The notes beneath the pieces are model-generated. The model worked only from the letters and a program-made list of their open reading frames with translations. It was not told the DNA's origin and ran no database searches. A stretch of 64,000 bases of DNA. Source: an uncultured Acidobacteriaceae bacterium (GTDB lineage Bacteria > Acidobacteriota > Terriglobia > Terriglobales > Acidobacteriaceae). The position numbers were made by a program, and so were the translations under genes. Within the stretch, counting starts at the first letter, position 1. Each line of letters opens with the position of its first letter. Below, in pieces: positions 46,093 through 56,097 of the stretch. Where the stretch lies: contig CAVSBF010000002.1 of the NCBI GenBank assembly GCA_963726155.1, positions 601,975 to 665,974 on the forward strand, given 5' to 3'.

Positions 46093-46980
46093 ATGAAACT
46101 TGCGGGCGTAAAAGTCGCGATCCAGGGCGAACTCGGGTCCTTCAGCCATGAAGCGGCAGAGCGGATGCTACCCGGCTGCAGGGTGGTTCCCTGTGCGCGC
46201 TCTGTGGAGGCGTTTGATCGTCTTGAAAATGGTTCGGTAGCCGCCGCCGTGATTCCCATCGAAAACTCGCTAGCTGGAACCGTAGCCGAGCACGCCGACC
46301 TGCTGGTGGCTCGGGATGTATTCATTCAAGCCGAGTTTCCCTTGCGCATCGTTCACAACGTAATTGCGGCGCCAGGCGTGAAACTAAGCGGGGTGCGCAG
46401 AATTCTCTCTCATCCCGTGGCGCTCGATCAATGTCGCGATTTCTTTCGCCACCATTCCAAAATTGAGCCGGTCCCTTTCTACGATACGGCTGGCAGTGTG
46501 AAACATGTGGTTATGAACCATTTGAAGGATGCCGCGGGAATTGCGGGACACCGCGCCGCTCGGGAATACTCGGGCAAAATTCTGCAGGCCGGCATCGAAG
46601 ACGATAAGCGCAACTTCACGCGCTTTTTCTTGATTCGCAAAGCGAGGGCAAAATCGGGCAGTAGGGCGCCAAGCGCAAAAGGACGGTCCACAGCCGATCC
46701 TGGCTATCAGCGATTGATTCCGTCTGGTGCGAATAAAACGTCCATTGCATATAAGGTGAAAAACCAACCCGGCGTGTTATTCAAATCGCTCAGCGTATTC
46801 GCGTTGCGCGATATCAGCCTGAGTAAGATTGAGTCGCGTCCACTGCGCGGCCGGCCTTGGGAATACGTGTTCTACGTAGATTTTCTCCGCGGGGACGACG
46901 AACCGGCCCGTAATGCGCTCCGCCATCTGGGCGAAGTGGCAGAGTTCGTCAAAGTGCTGGGAATTTACCGCGCGGCGTGA
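46093..46980 (+). CDS. pheA: prephenate dehydratase
   Basis: VAIQGELGSFSHEAA, IPIENSLAGTV, and the ACT domain with ESRPLRGRPWEYVFYVDF. Confidence 0.85.
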   Translation: MKLAGVKVAIQGELGSFSHEAAERMLPGCRVVPCARSVEAFDRLENGSVAAAVIPIENSLAGTVAEHADLLVARDVFIQAEFPLRIVHNVIAAPGVKLSGVRRILSHPVALDQCRDFFRHHSKIEPVPFYDTAGSVKHVVMNHLKDAAGIAGHRAAREYSGKILQAGIEDDKRNFTRFFLIRKARAKSGSRAPSAKGRSTADPGYQRLIPSGANKTSIAYKVKNQPGVLFKSLSVFALRDISLSKIESRPLRGRPWEYVFYVDFLRGDDEPARNALRHLGEVAEFVKVLGIYRAA

Positions 46981-47135
46981 ACGATCGGTTACGGCGTCGA
47001 AGCCGGTCGATTTTGCCTCCGCATTAGCCCCGGTACCTTGGGCATCATGTACTGCCACGAAGATTGCCGATAGAATCTAAAAACCTTCCGAACTCTGGGA
47101 TGGTATGAAACCTTTCTGCCGGAGTATCATCTAAG

Positions 47136-47159
47136 CTTGAGTGAGTTACACTCAAGGAG
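47136..47159 (+). promoter_or_regulatory. hairpin overlapping the lon Shine-Dalgarno sequence
   Basis: CTTGAGTG-AGTTA-CACTCAAG is a perfect 8-bp stem. Its 3' arm includes the first three bases of AAGGAG (47154-47159), 5 nt before the lon ATG. Confidence 0.5.
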
Positions 47160-47164
47160 AGCCA

Positions 47165-49603
47165 ATGAGCCAACAACCGCTTTCCGAGCCACTCGTTAAG
47201 CATCGAGAATCCAATGACGTACGGGCTTTGCCCGTGCTCCCAGTGCGGGATACCGTTCTCTTCCCGCATGCCGTTCTGCCTCTCACGGTAGGGCGTGAAA
47301 GTTCCGTCCAGCTTATCAATTCGCTCGGAGAGGATAAGACTATCGTCGTCGTAGCCCAGCGCGAAGCGCGCGTCGACAACCCCCAACCCAGCGACCTTTA
47401 TACCGTCGGCACTTCTGCAGTCGTTCATAAAGTCGTAAAAATGCCCAACCAGAGCTTGTTCGTGTTTGCAGAGGGCTTAGAGAGGGTGCGTTTAGGTGAG
47501 TTCACGCAGCTAGCGCCGTTCATGCGCGCCCGCGTGTCGCCGATACCCGAATCTGCTTCGCCGGACAGCTCCGAAATTGAAGCGTTGCAGCGCAATGTCC
47601 TGACGCTGTTTCAGCAGATCGTCGCCGGTTCCCCGACCCTTTCCGACGAGCTTTCTACCGTAGCCTTGAATATCGACGAACCCGGCCGCCTGGTGGATTT
47701 TATCGCCTCGTCTTTGCCGTCGCTTTCAACGCCCGACAAGCAGGATACGCTGGAAACCCTGGACATCCGCATCCGCCTGGAGAAGATCAACCAGCATCTC
47801 GCCAAAGAGCTCGAAGTGCAGCAATTGCGCAACAAGATCCAAAGTGAAGTGCAGGACCGCGTGCAGCAGACCCAGCGCGAGTATTACTTGCGTGAGCAGA
47901 TGAAGGCCATCCAGAAAGAACTGGGTGAGCAGGATGAAGGCCAGCGCGACGTCGAAGACCTGAAGAAGAAAATCGACGAAGCCGGTATGCCTGACGAAGT
48001 AAAGAAAGAAGCGCTCAAGGAATTGGGCCGTCTGGCGCGCATGTCGCCCATGGCCGCCGACTATTCACTCACGCGTAATTACGTCGAGTGGCTGGCCGTG
48101 TTGCCGTGGAATAAAACCTCCGGCCAGGAGATTGAGATTCCGAAGGCAAAGGAAATCCTGGACACGGATCACTACGATCTGGAGAAGGTTAAGGATCGCA
48201 TCCTTGATTATCTTTCGGTTCGCCGCCTGAAGCCGAATATGAAAGGTCCGATCTTGTGCTTCGTTGGACCTCCTGGCGTGGGCAAGACTTCGCTGGGCAA
48301 ATCGATTGCGCGAGCATTGGGGAGAAAATTTGTTCGTCTGTCGCTCGGTGGGGTGCACGATGAGGCGGAAATCCGTGGTCATCGCCGCACTTACATCGGA
48401 GCACTGCCAGGACAAATCATCCAGGGCATTCGCCGCGCGGAAACCAAAGATCCGGTTTTCATGCTCGACGAAATCGATAAGGTCGGTCGCGACTTCCGCG
48501 GTGATCCCGCTTCGGCATTGCTGGAAGCGCTGGATCCGGAGCAGAACTCGACCTTCCGCGATAATTATCTCGACGTCACGTTCGACTTGTCGAAGGTGCT
48601 CTTTATTACGACCGCGAACATGCTCGACCCCATCGCCGAGCCGCTGCGCGATCGTATGGAGATCATCGAACTGCAAGGCTACAGCGAAGAAGAAAAGCTG
48701 CACATCGCGCGACGCTATCTGGTTCCGCGGCAAGTGGAAGAAAACGGAATCACTGCAGACCAGATTGAATTTCCCGATGAAGCTTTGCGCTACGTGATTC
48801 GTCACTACACGCGAGAGGCTGGTGTTCGCAGCCTGGAGCGCACCATCGGTACGATCTGCCGCAAGCAGGCGCGGCGACTGGCGGAAGGCAAGACGGAAAA
48901 ACTTGTGGTCACGCAGGAAATCATTCAGGAATTCCTGGGCGGCATCAAGATCCGCACCGAAGGTGAAATCGAAGAACGCACCGAGCGTCCGGGAGTGGCT
49001 GTGGGTTTGGCGTGGACTCCATCAGGCGGCGACGTCCTCTTCGTCGAAGCCAACGCGATGAAAGGCAAAGGCGGATTTACCATGACCGGCCAGATCGGCC
49101 AGGTGATGCAGGAATCCATGCAGGCGGCTCTGACGTGGGTGCGCTCGAACGCCGCGCAGCTAGGCATCGCGGAAAACTTCTTCGCCGATCACGACATTCA
49201 CATGCACGTGCCGGCGGGAGCGATTCCGAAAGACGGTCCGTCTGCGGGCGTTACGATGGCAACTACGCTGGTGTCGTTATTGACGGGACATCGTATTCGT
49301 CCCTTGCTGGCGATGACAGGCGAGATCACCCTCAGCGGCAATGTGCTTCCGGTGGGTGGCATTAAAGAAAAAGTGCTGGCCGCAAAACGCGCAGGAGTAA
49401 CGGACGTGATTCTGCCGGCAGAAAATAAAATGAACGTGGATGAGGATCTAACGCCTGAACAAATCGAGAACCTCACCGTTCACTATGTGAAGACGATTGA
49501 TGAGGCGTTGCGTGTTTCGCTACCGGCGGTAGCAGAATCCACCGCGGCGAAGATGCTGACGCCGCAGCCCGAGGTTCACGACAAAGCCTTCGCGCAAGCA
49601 TAA
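47165..49603 (+). CDS. lon: ATP-dependent Lon protease
   Basis: LON N-terminal domain, Walker A GPPGVGKTS, and the protease motif PKDGPSAGVTMATTL with catalytic Ser. The ATG at 47165 follows AAGGAG. Confidence 0.97.
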   Translation: MSQQPLSEPLVKHRESNDVRALPVLPVRDTVLFPHAVLPLTVGRESSVQLINSLGEDKTIVVVAQREARVDNPQPSDLYTVGTSAVVHKVVKMPNQSLFVFAEGLERVRLGEFTQLAPFMRARVSPIPESASPDSSEIEALQRNVLTLFQQIVAGSPTLSDELSTVALNIDEPGRLVDFIASSLPSLSTPDKQDTLETLDIRIRLEKINQHLAKELEVQQLRNKIQSEVQDRVQQTQREYYLREQMKAIQKELGEQDEGQRDVEDLKKKIDEAGMPDEVKKEALKELGRLARMSPMAADYSLTRNYVEWLAVLPWNKTSGQEIEIPKAKEILDTDHYDLEKVKDRILDYLSVRRLKPNMKGPILCFVGPPGVGKTSLGKSIARALGRKFVRLSLGGVHDEAEIRGHRRTYIGALPGQIIQGIRRAETKDPVFMLDEIDKVGRDFRGDPASALLEALDPEQNSTFRDNYLDVTFDLSKVLFITTANMLDPIAEPLRDRMEIIELQGYSEEEKLHIARRYLVPRQVEENGITADQIEFPDEALRYVIRHYTREAGVRSLERTIGTICRKQARRLAEGKTEKLVVTQEIIQEFLGGIKIRTEGEIEERTERPGVAVGLAWTPSGGDVLFVEANAMKGKGGFTMTGQIGQVMQESMQAALTWVRSNAAQLGIAENFFADHDIHMHVPAGAIPKDGPSAGVTMATTLVSLLTGHRIRPLLAMTGEITLSGNVLPVGGIKEKVLAAKRAGVTDVILPAENKMNVDEDLTPEQIENLTVHYVKTIDEALRVSLPAVAESTAAKMLTPQPEVHDKAFAQA

Positions 49604-49629
49604 CGCGAAAACAATTGACGATGTTGCTG

Positions 49630-49662
49630 CTGCCAGTTCCGCAAGGGGCTGGCAGTTTTTTT
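49630..49662 (+). terminator. intrinsic terminator after lon
   Basis: CTGCCAG-N12-CTGGCAG followed by 7 T. Confidence 0.8.
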
Positions 49663-49711
49663 GCTCCGAACTGTAGACTTGAAGCATCTTCGCAGCGGAG
49701 CTTGACCCTTC

Positions 49712-50413
49712 ATGCGCGTGCGCGTTCTTTTTTTCGGGATATTGAAGGACTTGGTAGGGCGGTCGAGCGACACGCCGGAGTTACCCGAAGGCTCGACGGT
49801 TAACGATCTTCTGAAGCACTATGAAGCGAGAATTCCGAAGCTGAAAGATTCGCTGTCCTCTATGGCCGTGGCTGTGAATCAAGAATATGCGGCGGGAGCG
49901 ACCCAATTGAAATCGGACGATGAGGTGGCGCTGCTGCCGCCGGTCAGTGGCGGCACGGGGGAAAGCGAGACTGAATCTCATGCTTCAATCGTTCGCACTC
50001 CGATTGAGACCTCGCGAATACTTGCCAACATTAAGCAAGGCGAAGATGGAGCGGCTGTTGTTTTTGAAGGCATTGTTCGCAACCAGACGCGCGGCCGCAA
50101 GACGCTCTACCTCGACTACGAGGCTTATGAGGAGATGGCACTACAGCAGATGGAGAGTTTGGCCGAGCGGGCAATACAGCAATTCCAGATTCGCGATGTC
50201 GCGCTGGTCCACCGATTAGGGCGGCTGGAGATTGGCGAAACCAGCGTGCTGATCGTGGTTGCCTCGGCTCACCGGGCGGCGGCGTTCGACGCGTGCCGCT
50301 GGCTCATCGATAACCTAAAGCAGACCGTTCCCATCTGGAAGAAGGAGTACTTTGAAGATGGAGCGGTATGGGCCGATGGCGAACCTTTCCCCGCCGAAAT
50401 CCGGCGCGTCTAA
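49712..50413 (+). CDS. fused molybdopterin synthase MoaD-MoaE
   Basis: The N-terminal 81 aa are MoaD/ThiS-like and end in LLPPVSGG. After an acidic linker comes MoaE (VVFEGIVRN ... ASAHRAAAFDACRWLIDNLKQTVPIWKKE). Confidence 0.8.
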   Translation: MRVRVLFFGILKDLVGRSSDTPELPEGSTVNDLLKHYEARIPKLKDSLSSMAVAVNQEYAAGATQLKSDDEVALLPPVSGGTGESETESHASIVRTPIETSRILANIKQGEDGAAVVFEGIVRNQTRGRKTLYLDYEAYEEMALQQMESLAERAIQQFQIRDVALVHRLGRLEIGETSVLIVVASAHRAAAFDACRWLIDNLKQTVPIWKKEYFEDGAVWADGEPFPAEIRRV

Positions 50414-50538
50414 ATTGCCGGGACCGGGCAGCCCGGTTGCCGACGGCGCATCTAAGTGAACGGCACGATTCGGCTAGCTAAGAAACCGATTGCTGACGCG
50501 AATATAACGATAAATTCGCGAAGTACTTTCTTTTTCGA

Positions 50539-51480
50539 ATGAGAAAATTTGCCCCGCTGATGCTTCTCCTCCTGGCCTGCTCCGCACCCCAGGCGCAACA
50601 AGCCTCCGCCCCTCATCAGTCGGCTAACAGCTCTTCCTCCACCCTTAAGGTCGATGTGAAGCTGGTGAATGTCTACGTGACGGTGACCAACGCCCAGGGA
50701 GGTCCGGTCGCCGGTCTTAAGAAAGACAACTTTACATTGCAGGAGGACGGTCGCAATCAAACGATTTCCGTCTTCGACAAGGAATCAGCAGTCCCGCTCT
50801 CCATCGCCTTGGCGATTGATACAAGCTTGAGCACGCGTCACGATCTCCCGCTGGAGCAGGCTTCCGCCAAGCGATTTGCGCGCACGATCATGCGGCCGGT
50901 GGATGCTTTATCCGTATTTGGATTTAACGAAACCGTTCTGCAGTCGACCTCTTACACCGCCGACTTGAAACGGATTGACGATGGCATCGACCACATCCGG
51001 CTAGGCGCCGCCACGGCGCTTTTTGACGCCATCTATCTGGCCTCGCGCTCTCTCGGACACCGCCAGGGACGAAAAGTCCTGGTGCTGATCACCGATGGCG
51101 GCGACACCGTCAGCAAGATCGATTACCAGCAGGCCCTGCGTGCGGCCGAAGAGGCCGAATGCATCGTTTACAGCATCATCGTGGTGCCCATCGAGAACAG
51201 TGCCGGACGCGAAACCGGTGGCGAGCACGCTCTCATTCAGCTCTCTGAAGATACTGGCGGTAAACATTATTACGCCACTTCCATGTCCCAACTCGACGAA
51301 GCCTTCCACCAGATCAGCGACGAACTTCGCACCCAATATCTCCTGGCCTACTATCCCTCGCAGCGCACGTCGTACTCCCAATTCCGCAGCATCCAGGTCA
51401 CCGTTTCCGGCCCAGCCGACGCGACCAGTTACCGCGTCAGCCACCGTGCTGGATATTACACGTCGAAATCTGACTTCTAA
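50539..51480 (+). CDS. VWA-domain protein, TIGR03436 type (paralogue of 43518-44609)
   Basis: Signal peptide, LKVDVKLVNVYVTVTNAQGGPVAGLKKDNFTLQEDGRNQTISVF, and the VWA MIDAS-like IALAIDTSLS. Confidence 0.75.
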   Translation: MRKFAPLMLLLLACSAPQAQQASAPHQSANSSSSTLKVDVKLVNVYVTVTNAQGGPVAGLKKDNFTLQEDGRNQTISVFDKESAVPLSIALAIDTSLSTRHDLPLEQASAKRFARTIMRPVDALSVFGFNETVLQSTSYTADLKRIDDGIDHIRLGAATALFDAIYLASRSLGHRQGRKVLVLITDGGDTVSKIDYQQALRAAEEAECIVYSIIVVPIENSAGRETGGEHALIQLSEDTGGKHYYATSMSQLDEAFHQISDELRTQYLLAYYPSQRTSYSQFRSIQVTVSGPADATSYRVSHRAGYYTSKSDF

Positions 51481-51864
51481 TTCCGCCGCCCCGAACCATA
51501 ATCGCCCCCAATCGCGTTCTCAATCGATAACGGAACCACAGGTTTGTTTACCTGTAAGTTAACGGAACAGAATTTTCTTTTACAGATTGAATATACGGTT
51601 TTTAGGATTTTCTGCAGTTGCAATGGCGCGACGTGTCCCCCCCCTTAGAGAACAAGTGGCCGTAACCAATTGAAAAATAAGGATTATCTGTTGAATACAC
51701 AAAGTACAGTAAGCTGGCGGGAAAATTGCTTTAGACCAACAAGACATCGTAGTAAACCCATTTTGTAGCAGTGTTTTTGTTGGCATTTTGGTCTGTGGTG
51801 AATTGAGAAAGACGTCCCGCAGAGAAGAATTCTGAAGAGAACGACCCCAAAAGGAAGGTTTAAT

Positions 51865-54800
51865 ATGTTGAAGCTCAACTCCTCCCGCCTCAATCTCGTG
51901 CTGGTTCTGGTGGCCCTGTTTGCCCTGTGTTGCTCGTCTTTGATGTTTGCGCAGACGTCGATTGCGACCGGAAGTATTCAGGGCAACGTGACGGATGCCA
52001 CTGGCGCGGTCTTGCCTAACGCTAAGGTTACCGCCACGGGTCCTACCGGGCAGACTCTTCACGCCACCAGCAATTCGGCAGGGGAATACACTTTCGGTGC
52101 ATTGAACCCTGGTATTTATCAAGTGCGGGTCGAGGCAAAGGGCTTCAAGACATCGCAGCTGACCTTGAATGTCAAAGTGGATAACGCCGCCAACGGCAGC
52201 ATCAAGCTCGAGATCGGCCAGGAAAGCACAGTGGTTGAAGTGCAGGCCAGCGAAGTGCAGGTCAACACCGAACAGGCAACGGTGCAGGGTGTTTTGACCG
52301 CCAGCCAGATCGAAAACTTGCCGGTGAATGGTCGCAACTTCCTTGACCTCGCGCAACTCGAACCCGGCGTACAAATTCAGGATGGCCAGAACTTCGATCC
52401 CACCAAGGCAGGTTACTCCTCCATCTCGTTCGGCGGCCGTTACGGCCGCACGGCACGTATCGAAGTAGATGGTGTTGACGTCTCGGACGAAACCGTCGGC
52501 ACCACTACCACCGACATTCCCGCCAGCGCTATCCAGGAATTTCAGATCGGACAGGCGAGCTTGGATATGTCGACCGAACTTACCTCTTCGGGTTCGGTCA
52601 ACGTGACCACGAAATCCGGAACGAACGGAATTCACGGCGAAGCGTTCGGCCAATTCCGCGATTATCGTGCTGGTTGGGCAGCACTACCGGGAGGAGCGAA
52701 TCCTTACTCTCAGCGGAGCCAGTACGGTGCCGATTTAGGTGGACCGATCATCAAGAACAAGCTGTTTTTCTTCGGGGATGGCGAGCGGACGGTTCAGAAT
52801 ACGCAAACCCCGGTCCCTATCTCCGCTCCGTTCCAAGCCTACACGGGGAATTTCAGCGATCCCTTCCGCGAGGATAATCTTCTCGGCCGGTTGGACTACC
52901 AACTTACGAAGAGCGCACGTCTCTTTGCCCGCTACTCTTATTTCAAGAACTTGCTGGGTGCAACTTTCGGATTCGGCTATTCGCTATACGACAACAAAAA
53001 CATCACTCGCAACGAAGTGGTGGGGGTAGATTTCAATACCGGCCCGTTCACCCACTCCATTCGTTTCTCCTATTTGAAGTTCCAGAATCAGATCGTGGAT
53101 GCAACTACAGGGAATGCTTCTTTGCCCTTCGACGATCTGGGCGCGGAAATCTTCATGGGTGCCACCGGCTTGGTGGCCGGTCCAAATCTACTGGCCCCGC
53201 AGAGCACTCCGCAAAGCGATCACGAGTTCAAGTATGACGGCAGCCGGATTTTGGGTTCGCACATCATTCGCTACGGAGCGACGTTTAATCATCTTCAGGG
53301 CGGCGGCTTCGCCTCATTTTTCAGAAATGGACCACAGGTTATCTCTCAGGTCACCACCGCTGAGTCGATGCCAGGAGGCACGGCAGACAATTCTTGGCTT
53401 CCAATCGGACCTACGAACCTGACCGGATGTCCTTTGCCGGGGCCAACGGGCCCCTGTTTCCCCGGCGGCGCTGCGAATCCGCTGAATTATCCGGCGGATG
53501 GCGGCTATACCCTCGGCAATGGCTTGGGCTACTCGACCTCCAAGGCGGCACTCGGGTTCCCTGCTGGCGGATTGGGGCCTGACAACCGTGTGCTCTTGTA
53601 CCTCGGCGATTCCTGGAAGATCAAATCGAACTTCACGCTGACTTACGGATTGCGTTACGAGCGCGATACAGGCCGTACGGACAGCCAATACGCTGCGATT
53701 CCTCAGCTAAGTGCTCTCCTTCCTGGGCTCGGAAACGCAGTGAACCAGCCCAACAAGAACTTTGGCCCAGACTTAGGTTTTGCGTGGGATCCGGCGAAAA
53801 ACGGTAAGACTGCCATCCGAGGCGGAATCGGCTTGTTCTGGGAAAATGCCATCTGGAACAACGTACTATTTGACGGCCCGTACCGGGAGCCTACGGGTGC
53901 CTTCGCGCAGTTCCCCGGACCCTGTGCCGCTGCAGGACAACCGTCTCCTTTGCAAACTCCGACCGGTGCCATCAACCCGAGCGAGGCCGTTTGCGGTACT
54001 GCGTCAGGAGGATTCCCATTAATTGGGAACGCCGTGCCGGCGGTCATCGCTCTTTCAAAGGCATATCAGGCAGCTTCACCCCTGAACGTGCAGGAGCCGA
54101 ATCCAGGATATGCCGGACAGTACCTCACAGGCTGCTCGGACGGCTCAAACTGTTTCTTCCAGTCCGGCACCAACCTGTTCAATCCTAACTACAAATCACC
54201 GCGCTCGGTGGTCATGAATCTCGGCATCCAACGCGAGCTTCACCCCGGCATGGTCTTGAGCGTTGACTTCATTCGCAACGTCCAAACCCACTTCCTGCTG
54301 GGAGTGGACGAGAATCACACAGGCGACATCCGGTACTTCAACGCCGGCGGCGCTAACGCTGCTGTTGCCACCACGATTGCGAATTGCTTAGGCGCACCGG
54401 GCACGGTCGCACAAACGTACTCAGGTAATTGTCCAGATGATCCCGCGACCGGAACCACGGATAGCGGAAATTGGACACCGCGCCCTGCCACGATTGCGGA
54501 CTACGCAGGGAACGGCTTAGGCTCAACCGCCGACTTCGGCGGTACCAGTTGTCTCGCGGCCGTGGGTCACCCCTGCGCATTCGGCGGTATCAACCCGATT
54601 GCACCACCCCTGAATTTCCTCTCTCCGGTTGGTCGTTCGGTCTACAACGGCTTGCAGATGAAGTGGATTGACAACGTGAAGGCTCCCTTCCGGGGCTCCA
54701 AGGATATGAATTTCCAAGTCTCATATGCCTTGTCGCGTTTCGATAACTCCGGCGGCGGCGTCGGGCCAGGGTCAACAGTGACGGCTGCGGCGGCGGATCA

Positions 54801-55545
54801 GGACTTCATCGTCCCAGCTCTGGACAACCAGAATGTGAATCGTTATTTTGGACCTTCCACCCTGGATCGCACCCACCAGTTATCCTTTGGTGGTTTCGTT
54901 GACTTGCGATACGGTTTGCAACTTGGGGTGATGTCCCACTTCTACAGTCCCCTTGCAATCACTCCTACAGTTCCGAACACGGGCCTTGGCGCCGGAGAGA
55001 TCTTCCGCACCGACTTCACTGGCAGCGGCGTGACCCAGGATCCGCTTCCGGGAACCAAGGTCGGCAGCTTTGACCGCGGCGTCAACGCCAAGACCCTGAA
55101 TGGAGCTATTTCTAACTACAACTCCCTCGTCTCCGCAGGTACGCTAACGCCTGCGGGCAACGTGCTCGTTCAGCGGGGCGTGATGACGCAGGCGGATCTG
55201 ATCGCACTGGGTGGCATCTACAACGGTGGGTCGCCACTCCCGTTGGCACCTTCCGACCAAGTCAACTACCCATGGCTGAAGACCTTTGACGCCACCATCG
55301 GCTGGACCTATACGTTCAAAGAGCGATTCACGATTAAACCTGGCGTGGGCTTCTTCAATCTGTTTAACTTCGCCAATTTCGATCTTCCGACGAGCATGAT
55401 GTCAGGGCTGCTGACCGGTTCCACCGGTAGCATCAACGGCACCAACTACGCCGGGCAGCTCGTGAACCGGGTCGGCGTCGGGACCGGCGTATACACGCTG
55501 GGCTCGCCGCGTGAAACTGAGTTCAGCTTGAAGGTAGTGTTCTAG
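51865..55545 (+). CDS. TonB-dependent receptor with N-terminal carboxypeptidase-regulatory-like domain
   Basis: 1226 aa. Signal peptide, CarboxypepD_reg (GSIQGNVTDATGAVLPNAKVT ... GEYTFGALNPGIYQVRVEAKGF), plug motifs and a C-terminal aromatic residue (VVF). Confidence 0.9.
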   Translation: MLKLNSSRLNLVLVLVALFALCCSSLMFAQTSIATGSIQGNVTDATGAVLPNAKVTATGPTGQTLHATSNSAGEYTFGALNPGIYQVRVEAKGFKTSQLTLNVKVDNAANGSIKLEIGQESTVVEVQASEVQVNTEQATVQGVLTASQIENLPVNGRNFLDLAQLEPGVQIQDGQNFDPTKAGYSSISFGGRYGRTARIEVDGVDVSDETVGTTTTDIPASAIQEFQIGQASLDMSTELTSSGSVNVTTKSGTNGIHGEAFGQFRDYRAGWAALPGGANPYSQRSQYGADLGGPIIKNKLFFFGDGERTVQNTQTPVPISAPFQAYTGNFSDPFREDNLLGRLDYQLTKSARLFARYSYFKNLLGATFGFGYSLYDNKNITRNEVVGVDFNTGPFTHSIRFSYLKFQNQIVDATTGNASLPFDDLGAEIFMGATGLVAGPNLLAPQSTPQSDHEFKYDGSRILGSHIIRYGATFNHLQGGGFASFFRNGPQVISQVTTAESMPGGTADNSWLPIGPTNLTGCPLPGPTGPCFPGGAANPLNYPADGGYTLGNGLGYSTSKAALGFPAGGLGPDNRVLLYLGDSWKIKSNFTLTYGLRYERDTGRTDSQYAAIPQLSALLPGLGNAVNQPNKNFGPDLGFAWDPAKNGKTAIRGGIGLFWENAIWNNVLFDGPYREPTGAFAQFPGPCAAAGQPSPLQTPTGAINPSEAVCGTASGGFPLIGNAVPAVIALSKAYQAASPLNVQEPNPGYAGQYLTGCSDGSNCFFQSGTNLFNPNYKSPRSVVMNLGIQRELHPGMVLSVDFIRNVQTHFLLGVDENHTGDIRYFNAGGANAAVATTIANCLGAPGTVAQTYSGNCPDDPATGTTDSGNWTPRPATIADYAGNGLGSTADFGGTSCLAAVGHPCAFGGINPIAPPLNFLSPVGRSVYNGLQMKWIDNVKAPFRGSKDMNFQVSYALSRFDNSGGGVGPGSTVTAAAADQDFIVPALDNQNVNRYFGPSTLDRTHQLSFGGFVDLRYGLQLGVMSHFYSPLAITPTVPNTGLGAGEIFRTDFTGSGVTQDPLPGTKVGSFDRGVNAKTLNGAISNYNSLVSAGTLTPAGNVLVQRGVMTQADLIALGGIYNGGSPLPLAPSDQVNYPWLKTFDATIGWTYTFKERFTIKPGVGFFNLFNFANFDLPTSMMSGLLTGSTGSINGTNYAGQLVNRVGVGTGVYTLGSPRETEFSLKVVF

Positions 55546-55567
55546 TCCCACTGAATTGGAAAATTAG

Positions 55568-55597
55568 ACACCAGCCCCAAGGGCTGGTGTTTTTTTT
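55568..55597 (+). terminator. intrinsic terminator after the TonB-dependent receptor gene
   Basis: ACACCAGCCC-CAA-GGGCTGGTGT (10-bp stem) followed by 7 T. Confidence 0.85.
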
Positions 55598-55657
55598 GTC
55601 TTTCAGTCAACTCAGTTTGCACTGCGCGCCTGTGGGCGTCTAGGTGAGACCGCGGAA

Positions 55658-55981
55658 TTATGGCGTGATTTCGCTGCGCAGACGTTTCGAGAGTTTCTCG
55701 ATTTGCTTCAGTTTCCCGCTAGTGTCTTTGGGAAGCAGGCCCTGCTGGATGCTGTAGACGTCAGCAGGTATGGTTTGCGCCAGACGCGCCAGTTCATCGG
55801 CCTCCTGCCGGAGCTTGGCCGGATCGACGCGCGCTTGCTGCGAGGTTGGGGGTGGTATGTTCTTGTCCGCCTGTTGGGTAGCTTGGTCAGCCTGCTGCAG
55901 ACCCGGCGGTCGTGGCCTTTGCGCTTGCGCCGATGACGCAGCGAACAGGGCAACTAGGAGAGTGTAAGCAAGAAGCTTCAC
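55658..55981 (-). CDS. small secreted Gln/Pro-rich protein
   Basis: GTG start and signal peptide MKLLAYTLLVALFAASSAQAQ. 107 aa. No motif recognised. Confidence 0.55.
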   Translation of the reverse strand: MKLLAYTLLVALFAASSAQAQRPRPPGLQQADQATQQADKNIPPPTSQQARVDPAKLRQEADELARLAQTIPADVYSIQQGLLPKDTSGKLKQIEKLSKRLRSEITP

Positions 55982-56097
55982 GGCGGACCTCCTACGGAAA
56001 CGAGGATTCGGGATATTGTACGTCTACGATTTGCACCTGTCTTTCCCTCATCCCATCGATTCAATATCCACTGCCGGACGTTGTGTACAATGCCAGC

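Noticed and set aside
47136-47156. CIRCE (HrcA) operator upstream of lon
   Set aside because: CIRCE is TTAGCACTC-N9-GAGTGCTAA. Here the arms are in the opposite order (GAGTG-N5-CACTC) with a 5-nt spacer, so it is not CIRCE. It is kept only as a generic SD-occluding hairpin.
51481-51864. Possible cobalamin or other riboswitch in the long AT-rich leader of the TonB-dependent receptor gene
   Set aside because: I could not find a B12-box-like consensus or any other recognisable riboswitch core by eye. An Rfam scan would be needed before claiming anything.
51580-52653. 357-aa ORF antisense to the 5' part of the TonB-dependent receptor gene
   Set aside because: Same codon-aligned antisense register (offset 285 nt, which is 3n). 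The composition is Arg/Gly-rich and non-protein-like, and the sense gene is clearly real.
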